A stretch of DNA of 63,941 nt, the filler included, from Perkinsus olseni (Eukaryota): assembly GCA_013115125.1 (NCBI GenBank). It is 3 parts of 3 records of this genome, joined end to end, with 100 filler letters (N's around TTAATTAATTAA, not from the genome) between each part and the next. Parts side by side here need not be neighbours in the genome. Positions count along the whole stretch, not along the records: positions 47,684 to 63,941 come from JABANN010000680.1; 2 more parts are not named here. One strand, given 5' to 3'. Shown here piece by piece: positions 62,755 to 63,941 of the stretch; the first letter of the stretch is position 1; each line of letters starts with the position of its first letter. Position numbers and translations under genes: made by a program. The notes below the pieces were generated by a model, which was not told the DNA's origin, searched no databases, and worked only from the letters and a program-made list of their open reading frames with translations.

Positions 62755-63551
62755 TTCAGGAGAAAATCGTGAATGAGATCAATGGTTCCGGCTTCAACGT
62801 TTTCATTTCGCTTCGATGTGCACTCCAAATTGGGAAGGTATACTGTGCATGACGAGTTTGTCAGACATGACGATACTATCAAGACACAATCTCAAAATGA
62901 GGCTACTCGAAAATGAGATTCCTATCGATACGCCATCGATTCCATCAAATCATCAATCGCTAAGCCAGAACTTCTAATTCCGAAGAATAAGAAAAGTGGG
63001 AGCTTGGAACGCTATAAGCAGCCTCCCCACAATTAGCCAGTAGGAGTGCGTTGTCGAACGGTTCCTTGACCCGCGAGAGTTGCAAATACTACCATCCGGT
63101 GCTGAGTGCCGAGCTGGCCTGAAGCAATCGCACTCCTCGTAGCGAGCTTCCCAAAGAAAGGACCGAGTCCTCGGTCATGTAGGATTAAATTACAACTTAT
63201 TTTCCGAAGGTTGCCGTAGTTACTACCGAACTTTTTCGATTAGAGCGAGTCTCACTCAGTGAGATAATTCCTTCGAAACTCAGAGATCGAAGACCTAGGT
63301 GGTCGACCTAGGTCTGGCCTAGCGTATCCATTGTCTCACAGCAAGATCGGTGTTAGTGGCACCGTGTAACGACTCATTACTAACGAGCACTGACTCGGCG
63401 CCAGTAGTGGCAGCCGACTCAGAGTACGCATGCGATACCGCGCTGGGGAAATCTAAGAACTTTCGAGAGTGCAAGATATCTGCGCACGATAAAAACGGCG
63501 GGCGAGCGAGATTTTCTGAGGAATCATAGAAGAGCCAACTCGAATTTTGTG

Positions 63552-63941
63552 ATGGGTGCTTCAAATCTAGACGCATCTAGCTCACGCCCGTCCGGCGTGG
63601 GACACGATAGACCTGGCTGCATTGCGCCTGGGTGCAAATCCCAGGCGCGGCAGCCCGCAAAATTTTGTATTATTCACGGGGGTGGTCGCCGATGTGTCTG
63701 GCCTCTTGGGTGCGGTAAATCGGCGGTTGGTAAGGCGTCTTATTGTAAGGCTCACGGTGGTGGGCGTCGATGTCTCTGGCCTGGCTGCCTCAAGGCTGCC
63801 AGGCCAGGGGACCCTCAAATGTGCATCAAACATGGTGGTGGCAAGAGGTGCAAGTTGGAGGGGTGTACTGTGCGGTTCAGCGCAGTGTACGGAGACCTGT
63901 TAACTATTACGGTTGATCTGTCTCTTGTATGATAGTATTTA
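63552..63941 (+). CDS. WRKY19-like zinc-finger repeat protein (C-x4/5-C...CxxHGGG), probably continuing past the right edge
   Basis: Three repeats: FCIIHGGGRRC, YCKAHGGGRRC, MCIKHGGGKRC, each preceded by CxxxGC. Confidence 0.85.

Overview
Eukaryotic, intron-rich genomic DNA, almost certainly from a Perkinsus-type alveolate. The evidence is a 20/22-nt copy of the Perkinsus spliced leader at 32405-32424, short GT-AG introns (often about 40-60 nt), an alveolate-like Sar1 and long unidirectional gene runs. The window is three contigs joined by artificial N/TTAATTAATTAA linkers (23754-23853, 47584-47683). Most provided ORFs are spurious; the real genes emerge only after hand-splicing. Genes: GH20 beta-hexosaminidase, three type-I membrane/mucin-like proteins, a multi-exon gene whose C-terminal domain resembles conserved giant-virus (Nucleocytoviricota) hypothetical proteins, FAD-dependent oxidoreductase head-to-head with Sar1, an SF-assemblin-like protein, secreted-protein families with pseudogenes, a legumain-like C13 protease, TPR, RING and WRKY19-like zinc-finger genes. 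There are also three intact tRNA-Leu genes and two non-autonomous hAT elements with TIRs and 8-bp TSDs. Most notable: (1) a dense set of tRNA 3'-half/B-box relics of different isotypes lying in introns and at splice sites, mostly antisense to the host gene; (2) the intronised giant-virus-like gene; (3) a genomically encoded spliced-leader relic 14 nt upstream of an apparently intron-containing gene. All gene models are manual; family assignments rest on motif recognition, not database searches.
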